Under the pieces are notes generated by a model. It was not told the origin of the DNA and made no database searches. It worked only from the letters and a program-made list of their open reading frames with translations. A DNA stretch of 64,000 bases from Candidatus Abyssobacteria bacterium SURF_5 (GTDB taxonomy: Bacteria; Abyssobacteria; SURF-5). Location of the stretch: assembly GCA_003598085.1 (NCBI GenBank), contig QZKU01000145.1, positions 9,123 to 73,122 of the forward strand, given 5' to 3'. Position 1 is the stretch's first letter. Every line of letters begins with the position of its first letter. Made by a program: the position numbers and the translations under genes. Shown here piece after piece: positions 37,077 to 46,618 of this stretch.

Positions 37077-40000
37077 ATGAGCAGAGAATTTCCATTAAGA
37101 GAGGAACGAATCGGTTTCTATATCTGTCATTGCGGTATCAATATCGCATTCAAGGTCAGATGCGCTGAAGTAGCCGAGTATATCGGAACATTGCCCGGCG
37201 TCGCCGTCTCGCGCGATTACCTGTTCATGTGCTCTGATCCCGGGCAGGAGATTATCGAGAAAGACATCAGGGAGCTCGACCTGACGCGCGTGGTGGTCGC
37301 TTCCTGCTCCCCCCGCATGCACGAGCATACCTTCAGGGCGGCATGCGCGCGAGCCGGCCTCAACCCCTTCCGGGCATTTCATCATGTCTGCGTCCGGGAG
37401 CATGTATCCTGGGTCACTCTCGACGAAGACCAGGCCACCGAGAAAGCAAAACTGCTCGCTCGCGCCGGCATCAGGCGCGTGCGATATCAATCCGACCTCT
37501 TTCCCAAAACCTTCCCCGTCAATCCCAACACGCTCGTGGTCGGCGGCGGAATCACCGGAATGCAAGCGTCGCTTGACGTCGCAAAGGCAGGTTACAAGGT
37601 GTATCTCGTCGAGCGGCAGGCCACTATCGGCGGCCACATGCTCCAATACGACAAGACCTTCCCGACCATGGACTGCGCCGCCTGCATCGGTACGCCCAAG
37701 ATGGTCGCCGTCGGCCAGAATCCGAACATCGAAATTCTCTCCCTGAGCGAGGTCGAAGAGATCAGCGGTTTCGTCGGCAACTTCAAGGTCAAAGTGAGAA
37801 AGCACGCCCGCTACGTGAAAGCTGACAAGTGCACAGGCTGCGCCGAATGCACCAAGTATTGTCCCATCATCGTGCCGAATGAATGGGATGTGAACACGAA
37901 GCAGCGCAACGCCGTGTACCGGCCGTTCCCGCAAGCGGTCCCCATCACGTTCGCCATCGATAAAAAGGACAGGGGCCCCTGCGTCCAGACGTGTCCCGCC
38001 GGCACCAATGTGCAAGGCTACGTCACGATGATCCGAGAGGGCAAATACAAGGAAGCCCTCAAGATAATCATGGAAAACCTCCCGCTCCCGGGCGTGCTCG
38101 GCAGAGTCTGTCCGGCCCCATGCGAAAAAGAGTGCAGGAGAGGCGAAGTCGATGAGCCGGTTTCAATCCGGAACCTGAAGCGCTTCGCCGCCGACCAGGC
38201 GGATTGGGAAACGCTCGAACTGCCCGAAATCGATATGAAGCCGCCTGAGGAAAAGGTGGCGATCGTGGGATCGGGCCCGGCAGGCCTTGCCTGCGCGTAT
38301 TTCCTCGCCCGAAAAGGATATCATCCGACCGTCTTCGAGGCCTTGCCGGAGGTCGGCGGCATGCTGCGGGCCGGCATCCCCGATTACCGCCTGCCGCCCG
38401 AGGTGCTCAATCGCGAAGTGAATTATATCCGCCGCCTGGGAGTCGAGATCAAGACCAACGCTCCCATCGGCGGAGAAACAACAATCGAGAGCCTCCTCGC
38501 CAATGGCTTCAAGGCAGTGTTCTTGTCGACCGGCGCCCACAACGAATTCAAACTCGGTGTCGAGGGCGAAGACGCCGCAGGCGTGCTGAAAGGAATCTCG
38601 TTCCTGCGCGACGTGAATTTCTGCGCGAATGGAGAGGTGGGCAAGAAGGCCGTCGTTATCGGCGGCGGCGCGGTCGCCATGGACGTGGCCCGCGTCGCTC
38701 GGCGCAAGGGCGCCTCGGAAGTGCACGTCTATTGCCTTGAGAAGCGACACGAAATGCCCGCGTGGGTCGAGGAGATCGAAGCCGCCGAGGCCGAAGGAAT
38801 CGAGATTCATAATGCATGGGGCGTCAAACGGATATTGACGAACGACGCGAAAGTCAAGGGCATCGAGTTCAAGCGATGTACCGCGGTATTTGACGAAAAC
38901 AAGAGATTCAGTCCGCAGTACGATGATTCTGAAACCATAACCGAAAACTGCAATACGGTTCTGGTTGCAATCGGCCAGAGACCTGATCTGTCCTGCCTCA
39001 ACGGCTCGAAGGATGTCCAGCTTACCCGAAGAGGCCTTATTGCCGCCGATCCGGTCACCTTGCAGACCAGCAAGCCCGGCGTTTTTGCGGGCGGCGAAAT
39101 GTATTCCGGGCCCTCGCTTGTGGTGCAGGCGGTGGCGACCGGCAAGGAGGCCGCCATTTCCATCGAGCGCTACTTGAAGAGCGAAGACCTTGTTCTCGAC
39201 AGGCCCGAGCGTCCAAAGGGCGAGAACTGGGCCCCCATCCCTGAAGACGTCCAGAAGGCCGCTCGTGCGAAAATGCCCGAACTCGCGCCCGCTGACAGAG
39301 TGAACGGCTTCGTCGAAGTCGAGACGGGCTTCACCGAGGAGCAAGCCAGAGCCGAAGCCGCCCGCTGTCTCTCGTGCGGCGTGTGCTGCGAGTGCAAGCA
39401 GTGCGTGCCCGCTTGCGAGGCGAAGGCAATCGACCACGATGCCAAGGACGAAATCGTCACGCTCGACGTGGGCTCAATTATCCTGGCCACCGGCTTCGAC
39501 ATCATGGACCCGACGCCGATGCAGGAGTACGGCTACGGCAAATACCGCAATGTTCTGACAAGCTTGGAATTCGAGCGCCTCTCCAACGCCACGGGTCCCA
39601 CCTCCGGCAAAATCCTTCTCCGGGACCCGAACGACAGGTGGAACCACACCCGGCCCCCCAAGAGCGTCGCATTCCTGCACTGCGTCGGCAGCCGCGACAA
39701 AAACTATCACGACTATTGCTCGCGAACCTGCTGTATGTACGCGCTGAAAATGGCGCACCTGGTTAAGGACAAGTGCGGCCATGACACGCAGGTGTTCAAT
39801 TTCTACATCGATATGCGGTGCTTCGGAAAAGGACAGGAGGAGTTTTACCGCCGCATCCAGGATGAGGGCGTGAGGATGGTCCGGGGCAAGGCCGTCGAGG
39901 TGACCGATAAGGCGGAGGACCCGAGCGAAGAAGGAATGCTCATCGTACGGGCGGAAGACTCGCTGATCGGCAAAATGCTGAGGGTGCCGGTCGAGATGGT

Positions 40001-40508
40001 GGTTCTGTGCACGGCCATGGAACCGCGGCCGGACGCCCTGGAGGTGGCCAGAATCTTCGGCCTATCACTCAGCGCCGACGGCTTCTTCATGGAAGAACAT
40101 CCGAAGCTCGAGCCGGTCTCGACCCCAACCTCCGGCGTCTTCCTCGCCGGCGCTTGCCAGGGTCCGAAGGACATAACTGATTCAGTCGCGCAGGCAAAAG
40201 CGGCCGCCAGCGAAGCGCAGGCGCTTTCCACCCTGGGGAAAGTGATCGTCCCGCCGATGATAAGCCATATCGACGAAGACATCTGCATCGGCTGTCAAGT
40301 CTGCATCGGGTTGTGCCCGTACTCTGCGATCGAATTCGACGAATTCAAAAAGGTTAGCGTGGTGAATGAGGCTGTTTGTAAAGGATGCGGGAGCTGCGCC
40401 GCCTACTGCCCGAGCGGCGCCGCCGACATACGCCATTTCACCCAAAAACAGATTTTCGGTGAAATCGAGGGAATCCTCGTAGGAGCCAAGGAGACACGCG
40501 ATGAGTAA
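37077..40508 (+). CDS. Large HdrA-like flavoprotein fused to a GltD/NfnB-like NAD(P)H-binding FAD domain (HdrL-like)
   Basis: 1143 aa. The N-terminal HdrA FAD fold is VVGGGITGMQASLDVAKAGYKVYLVE, with several 4Fe-4S motifs. An internal glutamate-synthase-small-subunit-like region reads VAIVGSGPAGLACAYFLARKGYHPTVFEALPEVGGML. The C-terminal HdrA ferredoxin part follows. Confidence 0.85.
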   Translation: MSREFPLREERIGFYICHCGINIAFKVRCAEVAEYIGTLPGVAVSRDYLFMCSDPGQEIIEKDIRELDLTRVVVASCSPRMHEHTFRAACARAGLNPFRAFHHVCVREHVSWVTLDEDQATEKAKLLARAGIRRVRYQSDLFPKTFPVNPNTLVVGGGITGMQASLDVAKAGYKVYLVERQATIGGHMLQYDKTFPTMDCAACIGTPKMVAVGQNPNIEILSLSEVEEISGFVGNFKVKVRKHARYVKADKCTGCAECTKYCPIIVPNEWDVNTKQRNAVYRPFPQAVPITFAIDKKDRGPCVQTCPAGTNVQGYVTMIREGKYKEALKIIMENLPLPGVLGRVCPAPCEKECRRGEVDEPVSIRNLKRFAADQADWETLELPEIDMKPPEEKVAIVGSGPAGLACAYFLARKGYHPTVFEALPEVGGMLRAGIPDYRLPPEVLNREVNYIRRLGVEIKTNAPIGGETTIESLLANGFKAVFLSTGAHNEFKLGVEGEDAAGVLKGISFLRDVNFCANGEVGKKAVVIGGGAVAMDVARVARRKGASEVHVYCLEKRHEMPAWVEEIEAAEAEGIEIHNAWGVKRILTNDAKVKGIEFKRCTAVFDENKRFSPQYDDSETITENCNTVLVAIGQRPDLSCLNGSKDVQLTRRGLIAADPVTLQTSKPGVFAGGEMYSGPSLVVQAVATGKEAAISIERYLKSEDLVLDRPERPKGENWAPIPEDVQKAARAKMPELAPADRVNGFVEVETGFTEEQARAEAARCLSCGVCCECKQCVPACEAKAIDHDAKDEIVTLDVGSIILATGFDIMDPTPMQEYGYGKYRNVLTSLEFERLSNATGPTSGKILLRDPNDRWNHTRPPKSVAFLHCVGSRDKNYHDYCSRTCCMYALKMAHLVKDKCGHDTQVFNFYIDMRCFGKGQEEFYRRIQDEGVRMVRGKAVEVTDKAEDPSEEGMLIVRAEDSLIGKMLRVPVEMVVLCTAMEPRPDALEVARIFGLSLSADGFFMEEHPKLEPVSTPTSGVFLAGACQGPKDITDSVAQAKAAASEAQALSTLGKVIVPPMISHIDEDICIGCQVCIGLCPYSAIEFDEFKKVSVVNEAVCKGCGSCAAYCPSGAADIRHFTQKQIFGEIEGILVGAKETRDE

Positions 40509-40929
40509 GGAGTTCGAACCCACAATTGTTGCTTTCCTCTGCAACTGGTGCACGTTCACCGCTGCGGACCTCGCCGGCACGTCGCGCCTCAGTTATCCCG
40601 AGAACGTCAAGATAATCCGCATGATGTGCAGCGGCATGGTCGATCCGCTCTATGTTCTCAAAGCCTTCATGGAGGGGGCGGACGGCGTTTTCATCGGAGG
40701 ATGCTGGCCCGGCGACTGCCATTATATCAACGGCAACCTGAAGGCGCGCCGGCGAGTGGCGTTGCTTACGGAAATTCTGAAGCAGTTCGGAATCGAGGAG
40801 GACAGGTTCTGGCTGCGCTGGGTTGCCGCCAGCGACGGCGTCATGTTCCAGGAGTTCTCCAAACAGATGACTGAAAAGCTCCGACAAATGGGGCCGAGCC
40901 CGCTCAGTGTCAATCAAACAATCGCGTGA
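40501..40929 (+). CDS. MvhD-like (methyl-viologen-reducing hydrogenase delta subunit family) protein
   Basis: 142 aa with the MvhD-type Cys pattern (CNWC...C..GC...C). It overlaps the HdrL stop by 8 nt. Confidence 0.8.
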   Translation: MSKEFEPTIVAFLCNWCTFTAADLAGTSRLSYPENVKIIRMMCSGMVDPLYVLKAFMEGADGVFIGGCWPGDCHYINGNLKARRRVALLTEILKQFGIEEDRFWLRWVAASDGVMFQEFSKQMTEKLRQMGPSPLSVNQTIA

Positions 40930-40951
40930 GGATTCGCTGAGGAGAATTGAG

Positions 40952-42088
40952 ATGACGGAATACAGCAAACTGGTTGCTCAAGATGGTTCGATAAACAAAT
41001 CGCTGGCCTCTTTTTTCAGGACCATGCTCGAGAAGAATGTCGTGGACGCCGTCCTCGTGCCGGCCCACCAGAATCCAAAGGGAGTCATGCAGACGCTGAT
41101 TACCGCCCCGGAAGCGCTCGATGCCGTTGACCCCTTCGCGCCTGTAGCGCCGACGAATTCGGCAAGACTCGTGACCCGGCTCACGAACGTCCCCTCCGGG
41201 AGGCCGGTGGCGGTGGTGATGCGGTCGTGCGAGATACGGGCGCTCCTCGAACTGGTCAAACTCAAGCAGGCGAACGTCGACGACCTCCTTTTGATCGGAA
41301 TTGACTGTCTCGGCAGATACGAAAATGCCGATTACTTGAAATACGAACAAGGCGGCGCCACGACCGAGGACTTCCTCAAAGCCGCTTGCGGAGACAAAGG
41401 AACCAAAAGCGCCGACGGGTTCGACGTTGCCGTCGCCTGCCGGATCTGCGAATATCCGGCGGCAGACAATGCGGATGTCCGCCTCTGCGTCATTGGCGCC
41501 TCTCCGGGCGAGGTCTTTGTCGAGTGGGCCACGGAGAAAGGGCTGAATGCACGCAAGGCGATGGGACTCGAAGCGGAAGCAGGCCCGGCCGGCCGCGACG
41601 CGGCGGTGCAACAGATCAAGAAAACGAGAACCGCGCAACGAGACAAGGTGTTCTCCGATATGTATGAGCACGTCGGGAGCATGGAGAAGCTGCGGGATCA
41701 TCTGGCTGGTTGCATAAATTGCTATAACTGCCGCGCGGCCTGCCCCGTCTGTTATTGCAAAGAATGCGTCTTCGTCACCGATACCTTCCGCCACCCCGGC
41801 GACCAATACCTCTCATGGGGCGATAAGCGCGGCTTCATGAAGATGCCAACCGAGACAGTGCTGTTCCACCTGACTCGCATGACTCACATGAGCGCGCTGT
41901 GCGTGGGCTGCGGCCAGTGCTCGAGCGCGTGCCCGAATGATATCCATGTGACCGAGCTTTTCAGGTCGGTCGCCAACAGGACTCAGGCCAGATTCGACTA
42001 CCATCCGGGCAGATCGCTCGATGAGCCTCAGCCGCTGGCGGTGTTCTATGCGGAAGAGCTTACGGAAGTAACCGGACAAGTTAAGTAG
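40952..42088 (+). CDS. FrhB/FdhB-family flavin/Fe-S protein (coenzyme F420 hydrogenase beta-subunit-like)
   Basis: A C-terminal 4Fe-4S dicluster (CINCYNCRAACP, CVGCGQCSSACP) follows an N-terminal FrhB-like fold. The start was taken at the ATG at 40952, which has a GAGGAG ribosome-binding site; the track start at 40907 overlaps mvhD. Confidence 0.7.
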   Translation: MTEYSKLVAQDGSINKSLASFFRTMLEKNVVDAVLVPAHQNPKGVMQTLITAPEALDAVDPFAPVAPTNSARLVTRLTNVPSGRPVAVVMRSCEIRALLELVKLKQANVDDLLLIGIDCLGRYENADYLKYEQGGATTEDFLKAACGDKGTKSADGFDVAVACRICEYPAADNADVRLCVIGASPGEVFVEWATEKGLNARKAMGLEAEAGPAGRDAAVQQIKKTRTAQRDKVFSDMYEHVGSMEKLRDHLAGCINCYNCRAACPVCYCKECVFVTDTFRHPGDQYLSWGDKRGFMKMPTETVLFHLTRMTHMSALCVGCGQCSSACPNDIHVTELFRSVANRTQARFDYHPGRSLDEPQPLAVFYAEELTEVTGQVK

Positions 42089-42097
42089 GAGAAACCA

Positions 42098-45000
42098 ATG
42101 ACTGAGGAAAACGCTGTCGGAACAGTGCTCGTCGTGGGCGCCGGCATCGCCGGAATCAAATCCGCCCTCGAATTGGCCGAGACGGGTTATAAAGTTATCC
42201 TTACCGACAATTCGCCTTCTGTCGGCGGCATCCTGCAAAAGCTCGACCATCAGTTCCCAACCGACCACTGCGGAATGTGCAGGATGCTGCCGCTGGTCGG
42301 ACGCGAACACGCGTCGCAGCACTGCATGCGCAAAAGCCTGTTCCATGACAACATCGAGATTCTTCCGTTCACCGAGATCACATCCGTTAAAGGAGACGCA
42401 GGCGCCTACACAGTGGAGCTGCTCAGACGGGCGCGGCATGTCAATACCGATATCTGCAACGGACTCGGCAAGTGCATCGACGTGTGCCCGGTGGAAGCGC
42501 CCGACGAATTCAATCAGGGCCTTACCCGGCGCAAAGCCATCTACAAGCCTGTCCCTCATAATGTCCCCCAAATGCTGCTCATAGATATGCAAGCCTGCAC
42601 CAGGTGCGGCGAGTGCGTGAAGGCGTGTCCGGTGAACGCGATCGACCTGGAGGCGCAGGACGAAGCGAGCCTGGTCGAGGTGAATGCAATAATACTCGCG
42701 GCCGGCGCGACTCTCTATGATCCCGCCACAGATGATGACGCGAAAGCATATGCGGTCTCGCCCGACGTCGTCAGCTCGTTGGCCTTCGAGCGCATCTTGA
42801 GCGGATCGGGCCTCTACGACGGGACGATCCGCCGCCCGTCGGATGGCAAGCCCGCCAAACGCATTGCCTGGATTCAATGCGTCGGCTCCCGCAACCGCAG
42901 GAAGGGCCGAGATTATTGCTCGTCCATTTGCTGCATGTTCGCGCTCAAAGAGGCGGTGCTCGCCCATGAAAAGGGAGGGCCGGACACCGAGACAACCATC
43001 TTTTACATGGATATGCGCACCTTCGGGAAGGAGTTTTATCAGTACCGCGAGCGGGCCGAACGCGAATACGGCGTGCGCCTTGTTCGCTGCCGCGTTCAGA
43101 GCGTGTTGCGGGAGGCCGACGGCTCGCTGCTGGTCCGATACCTCGATCAGAAAACCGGAGAATTTGTCGAAGACTCCTATGACATGGTGGTGCTTTCGAC
43201 CGGTCAGGCGCCTTTCGAAGACCATCGCAGGCTCGCCGAATTGCTCGGCTTGGATCGCGCGCCCTCGGGACTGCTCCCCCTGCTCGACTTCGAGAAAGTG
43301 AAGCTGGTGAAGCCGGGAATCTTTATCTGCGGCTCGCTGATGGGGCTCACCGACATCAGCGAGGCCATCACCAGCGGGATCGCAGCGGCAGGTGAAACAT
43401 CGAAAATGCTTCTTGCCTCCGGGATCAAAAGGCTGGAAGACGAGCCGGCTCCGGAACGGCCGGTGGACAAACAGGCTCCGCTTGTATCGGTCGTTCTGTG
43501 CAGTTGTAAAGGAGTCAAGGCGCCCGAAGGGCTCGACCTCGAGCCGCTGATCTCGACCATCAAGAAATATCCCGGAGTGGGTGAAGCTCATCTCGTGGAG
43601 GCGCTGTGCCGGGAAGAGGGAGAGCAGGAGCTTAAGGAAATCCTCGAGCAGACAAAATGCAACCGGCTCATCATCGGAGCCTGCCTCCCGTACGTGTACC
43701 GGCAGCGGTTCAGGAAGCTGGCTCAAACCGCAGGTTTCAATCCGGCCCTGGTGGAGATATTTGATCTGTTGAGCGCGGCGAGACATGGCCTGCCGGAGAC
43801 AAACGGGACCGATTGGGTGCAGTTGGCTTTAGAGGAAATGAGCGCGCTGCTCGAAAAACTTAAGCTGGCGCAGGCGCTTCACTCTCATGCTCTGCCCATC
43901 CATCAGACGGCGCTCGTGGTCGGCGGCGGCGTCGCAGGTATGCGAGCCGCCCTCTCCCTTGCCGATCGAGGGATCAAAACACACCTGGTGGAAAAATCCG
44001 ACCGGCTCGGCGGGCATGCGGCCAATGGATTGCATTACACGATTGACGGATTAGACCCCGCCGGCCTGGTCTCCGAACTGAACCGGAAAATCGAGGAGCA
44101 GCGGAACCTGACAGTCCATTTGAACAGCGAGATTATTGGCTCCAAGGGTGCGCTCGGACGCTTCACTACCGAAATCCGCAGCAGCGACAGCAACCAAAAA
44201 CTCGAGCACGGCGCGGTGATCATAGCCACCGGCGGTCATGAAGCCAAAACCACTGAATACGCCTACGGCCAGAGCGAGCGCGTTGTGACCCAGGTTGAAC
44301 TGGAGGAGCGACTGACAGCCGGGGAACTCGATGCGGCAACTCTGGAGAACGTGGTGATGATTCAATGCGTCGGCTCGCGGGAGAAAGGCGCGCGCGAGTA
44401 CTGCAGCCGCATCTGCTGCGCGGCCGCATTGAAGAACGCATTCAAGATCCTTGAGAAGAATCCTGCGGCCCGCATCTACATCCTCAATCGGGACATGATG
44501 ACCTACGGCTTCCTCGAGAAATACTATACCAGGGCGCGAGGCGAAGGGATCATGTTCATCAATTATGAACTCGATCAGAAGCCGCAGGTGGAGATCGTTG
44601 ACGACAAGCCGCTCGTGAAATTCACCGATCCGGTCCTCCAGATGCCGCTCGAGGTGACCGCCGATCTGCTGGCGCTCGCCACCGGCATACAGCCCCCTTC
44701 ATCCAACGAACAGCTTGCCCAAAGCTTCGGCTTGCCGCTCACGTCGGAAGGCTTCTTTCAGGAGGCCGATTCGAAATGGCGGCCGGTCGAATTCAAGAAG
44801 CTGGGCGTCTTTCTCGCGGGCACGGCGCACAGCCCGCTGCCACTGAACGAATCGCTCATGCAGGCTGAGGCCGCGGCGCAGAAAGCCTACGCCCATATCT
44901 CCCGACGCACGATTCAAACGGCACGAGCCGTATCCAAAGTGCACGACGCCATCTGCGCCCGCTGCCAAATATGCGTGGAAATCTGCCCGTACAATGCGCG

Positions 45001-45199
45001 CGCGTTTGATCCTGAACAGAACTGCATCGTCGTCGACTCGGCAGCATGCCAGGCCTGCGGCCTGTGCGCGGTCGCTTGCCCGAACAAAGCCGCGGAAGTG
45101 CAGGGCTGGAGCGAGAAACAGACGCTGGCGATAATCGACGCGAAGCTGAGAAGCACCGGCCATTCGCGGCGGCGGGCCGGCAAGGAGGTAACAACGTGA
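42098..45199 (+). CDS. Tandem HdrA-like fusion (two HdrA FAD modules separated by an MvhD-like Cys insert)
   Basis: 1033 aa. The first HdrA start reads VLVVGAGIAGIKSALELAETGYKVIL. The second module, around residue 605, reads ALVVGGGVAGMRAALSLADRGIKTHLVE. Several CxxCxxCxxxCP motifs are present. The internal LCSCKGVKAP...IIGACLPYVY segment is MvhD/FlpD-like. Confidence 0.85.
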   Translation: MTEENAVGTVLVVGAGIAGIKSALELAETGYKVILTDNSPSVGGILQKLDHQFPTDHCGMCRMLPLVGREHASQHCMRKSLFHDNIEILPFTEITSVKGDAGAYTVELLRRARHVNTDICNGLGKCIDVCPVEAPDEFNQGLTRRKAIYKPVPHNVPQMLLIDMQACTRCGECVKACPVNAIDLEAQDEASLVEVNAIILAAGATLYDPATDDDAKAYAVSPDVVSSLAFERILSGSGLYDGTIRRPSDGKPAKRIAWIQCVGSRNRRKGRDYCSSICCMFALKEAVLAHEKGGPDTETTIFYMDMRTFGKEFYQYRERAEREYGVRLVRCRVQSVLREADGSLLVRYLDQKTGEFVEDSYDMVVLSTGQAPFEDHRRLAELLGLDRAPSGLLPLLDFEKVKLVKPGIFICGSLMGLTDISEAITSGIAAAGETSKMLLASGIKRLEDEPAPERPVDKQAPLVSVVLCSCKGVKAPEGLDLEPLISTIKKYPGVGEAHLVEALCREEGEQELKEILEQTKCNRLIIGACLPYVYRQRFRKLAQTAGFNPALVEIFDLLSAARHGLPETNGTDWVQLALEEMSALLEKLKLAQALHSHALPIHQTALVVGGGVAGMRAALSLADRGIKTHLVEKSDRLGGHAANGLHYTIDGLDPAGLVSELNRKIEEQRNLTVHLNSEIIGSKGALGRFTTEIRSSDSNQKLEHGAVIIATGGHEAKTTEYAYGQSERVVTQVELEERLTAGELDAATLENVVMIQCVGSREKGAREYCSRICCAAALKNAFKILEKNPAARIYILNRDMMTYGFLEKYYTRARGEGIMFINYELDQKPQVEIVDDKPLVKFTDPVLQMPLEVTADLLALATGIQPPSSNEQLAQSFGLPLTSEGFFQEADSKWRPVEFKKLGVFLAGTAHSPLPLNESLMQAEAAAQKAYAHISRRTIQTARAVSKVHDAICARCQICVEICPYNARAFDPEQNCIVVDSAACQACGLCAVACPNKAAEVQGWSEKQTLAIIDAKLRSTGHSRRRAGKEVTT

Positions 45200-45705
45200 C
45201 TGATCTTGCGACAGCGAATAAGGACCTGTGGCGGGACGTCTTCGACAGCGAAGACCTGCGCTATTGCTTCAATTGCAGCACCTGCATCTCCGGCTGTCCC
45301 GCATCCAATGCGAACCCGCCGCTTCTGATCAGGAGCCTTGTTCGCATGGTAATCCTCGGGCTGGAAGACGAATTGCTCGAGCAGGACACGCCGTGGACCT
45401 GTGTCACCTGTTCGCGGTGCGAGGAGTTCTGTCCCATGGATGTGAAACCGTTTGAGCTGTGCCTCGCGGTGCGCCGGTGGCAAAGCCGCAACGACGAGAC
45501 GCGCATCCCGCCGTCGATCGTCGAGATTTACAGCCGGGGCTACACGCAGGCGGTGGAACGAAACACTGAACAGAGAAAATCACTCGGTTTGCCCGAAAAA
45601 CTGCCGGTAATCACCGAATATCCGGAACTGCTGGAAAAGTTCCGGCAAATGCTCATGCAAACCAAGGTGATCAGCGATAACGCCTATATGTTCGAAGGGG
45701 TGTGA
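45196..45705 (+). CDS. HdrC-like 4Fe-4S dicluster subunit
   Basis: CFNCSTCISGCP and CVTCSRCEEFCP. The start was taken at the GTG at 45196, which has an AAGGAGG ribosome-binding site and overlaps the HdrA stop as GTGA; the track ORF at 45046 overlaps the upstream gene by 150 nt. Confidence 0.75.
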   Translation: MTDLATANKDLWRDVFDSEDLRYCFNCSTCISGCPASNANPPLLIRSLVRMVILGLEDELLEQDTPWTCVTCSRCEEFCPMDVKPFELCLAVRRWQSRNDETRIPPSIVEIYSRGYTQAVERNTEQRKSLGLPEKLPVITEYPELLEKFRQMLMQTKVISDNAYMFEGV

Positions 45706-45706
45706 A

Positions 45707-46585
45707 ATGGAATTCGGACTCTTTCTCGGATGTAATACCCCCGCAATCAGGCCGGACGTCGAGCGCGCAATCCGGCTCACCATGCCGAAGCTCGGAGTCG
45801 ATCTGATAGACCTCGAGGGCTACGTCTGCTGCCCGGCTTTCGGCACGTTTCCCTCAGCCGATGAAGACTCCCACCTGGCGGTCAGCGGTTGGAATCTCTC
45901 GCTCGCCGAGCAGAAGGGGCTCGATCTGCTGGTCGAATGCGGCTCGTGCTACAGCTCATTGCGGATGGGGAGGGAACACATCCTCCATGATGAAAAGAAA
46001 AGGGCGCGCGTGAACGAACTGCTGCAGCCGGTGGGGAGGACGGTCGAGGGCAAAACGAAGGTGCGCCATATCAGCGACGTTCTCTACAACGACGTAGGCC
46101 TGGAGAAGATCGCCGCCAGCATCGACAAGAAACTCGAAGGATTGCACGCCGTCGTGCAATACCCCTGCCACACTCTGTTTCCCAGCGAACACGTGGGTTT
46201 TGACAGCCCGCCGGCGCGGCCCCATATCATGCGTGACCTCGTCGAGGCGCTGGGAGCGAAAGTCGACGCCTTCAGCCGCGAGTACCAATGCTGCGGCGGC
46301 GCTGGCGGCTTCCATGGAACTTCTTCCGCTGAAGCGCGCGCTTTTGCGCAAAGCAAATTCGACGCCATTAAAAAAGAGACGCAGGCGGATTTTATTGTCG
46401 TCTCCTGCATTACCTGCCTCATGTTCCTCGATAATGTTCAAAAAGAGTTGAATGAAGGCAACGGTAAATACAATCTTCCCGTTTTTGATTACAACCAGAT
46501 ACTGGCGCTCTGCATGGGCTTCGATCCGAAACAGGTGGCTCCCATCTGCAGCGTTCCAAGAGACACAATCATTAGCAGGCTCTGA
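45707..46585 (+). CDS. HdrB-like CCG-domain subunit
   Basis: Two CCG-type Cys-rich motifs (VCCPAFGTF and CCGGAGGFHG...CITCLM). It starts 2 nt after hdrC. Confidence 0.85.
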   Translation: MEFGLFLGCNTPAIRPDVERAIRLTMPKLGVDLIDLEGYVCCPAFGTFPSADEDSHLAVSGWNLSLAEQKGLDLLVECGSCYSSLRMGREHILHDEKKRARVNELLQPVGRTVEGKTKVRHISDVLYNDVGLEKIAASIDKKLEGLHAVVQYPCHTLFPSEHVGFDSPPARPHIMRDLVEALGAKVDAFSREYQCCGGAGGFHGTSSAEARAFAQSKFDAIKKETQADFIVVSCITCLMFLDNVQKELNEGNGKYNLPVFDYNQILALCMGFDPKQVAPICSVPRDTIISRL

Positions 46586-46618
46586 AGCCTGCTTGAGATT
46601 CATGGGAAACGTGATTTT

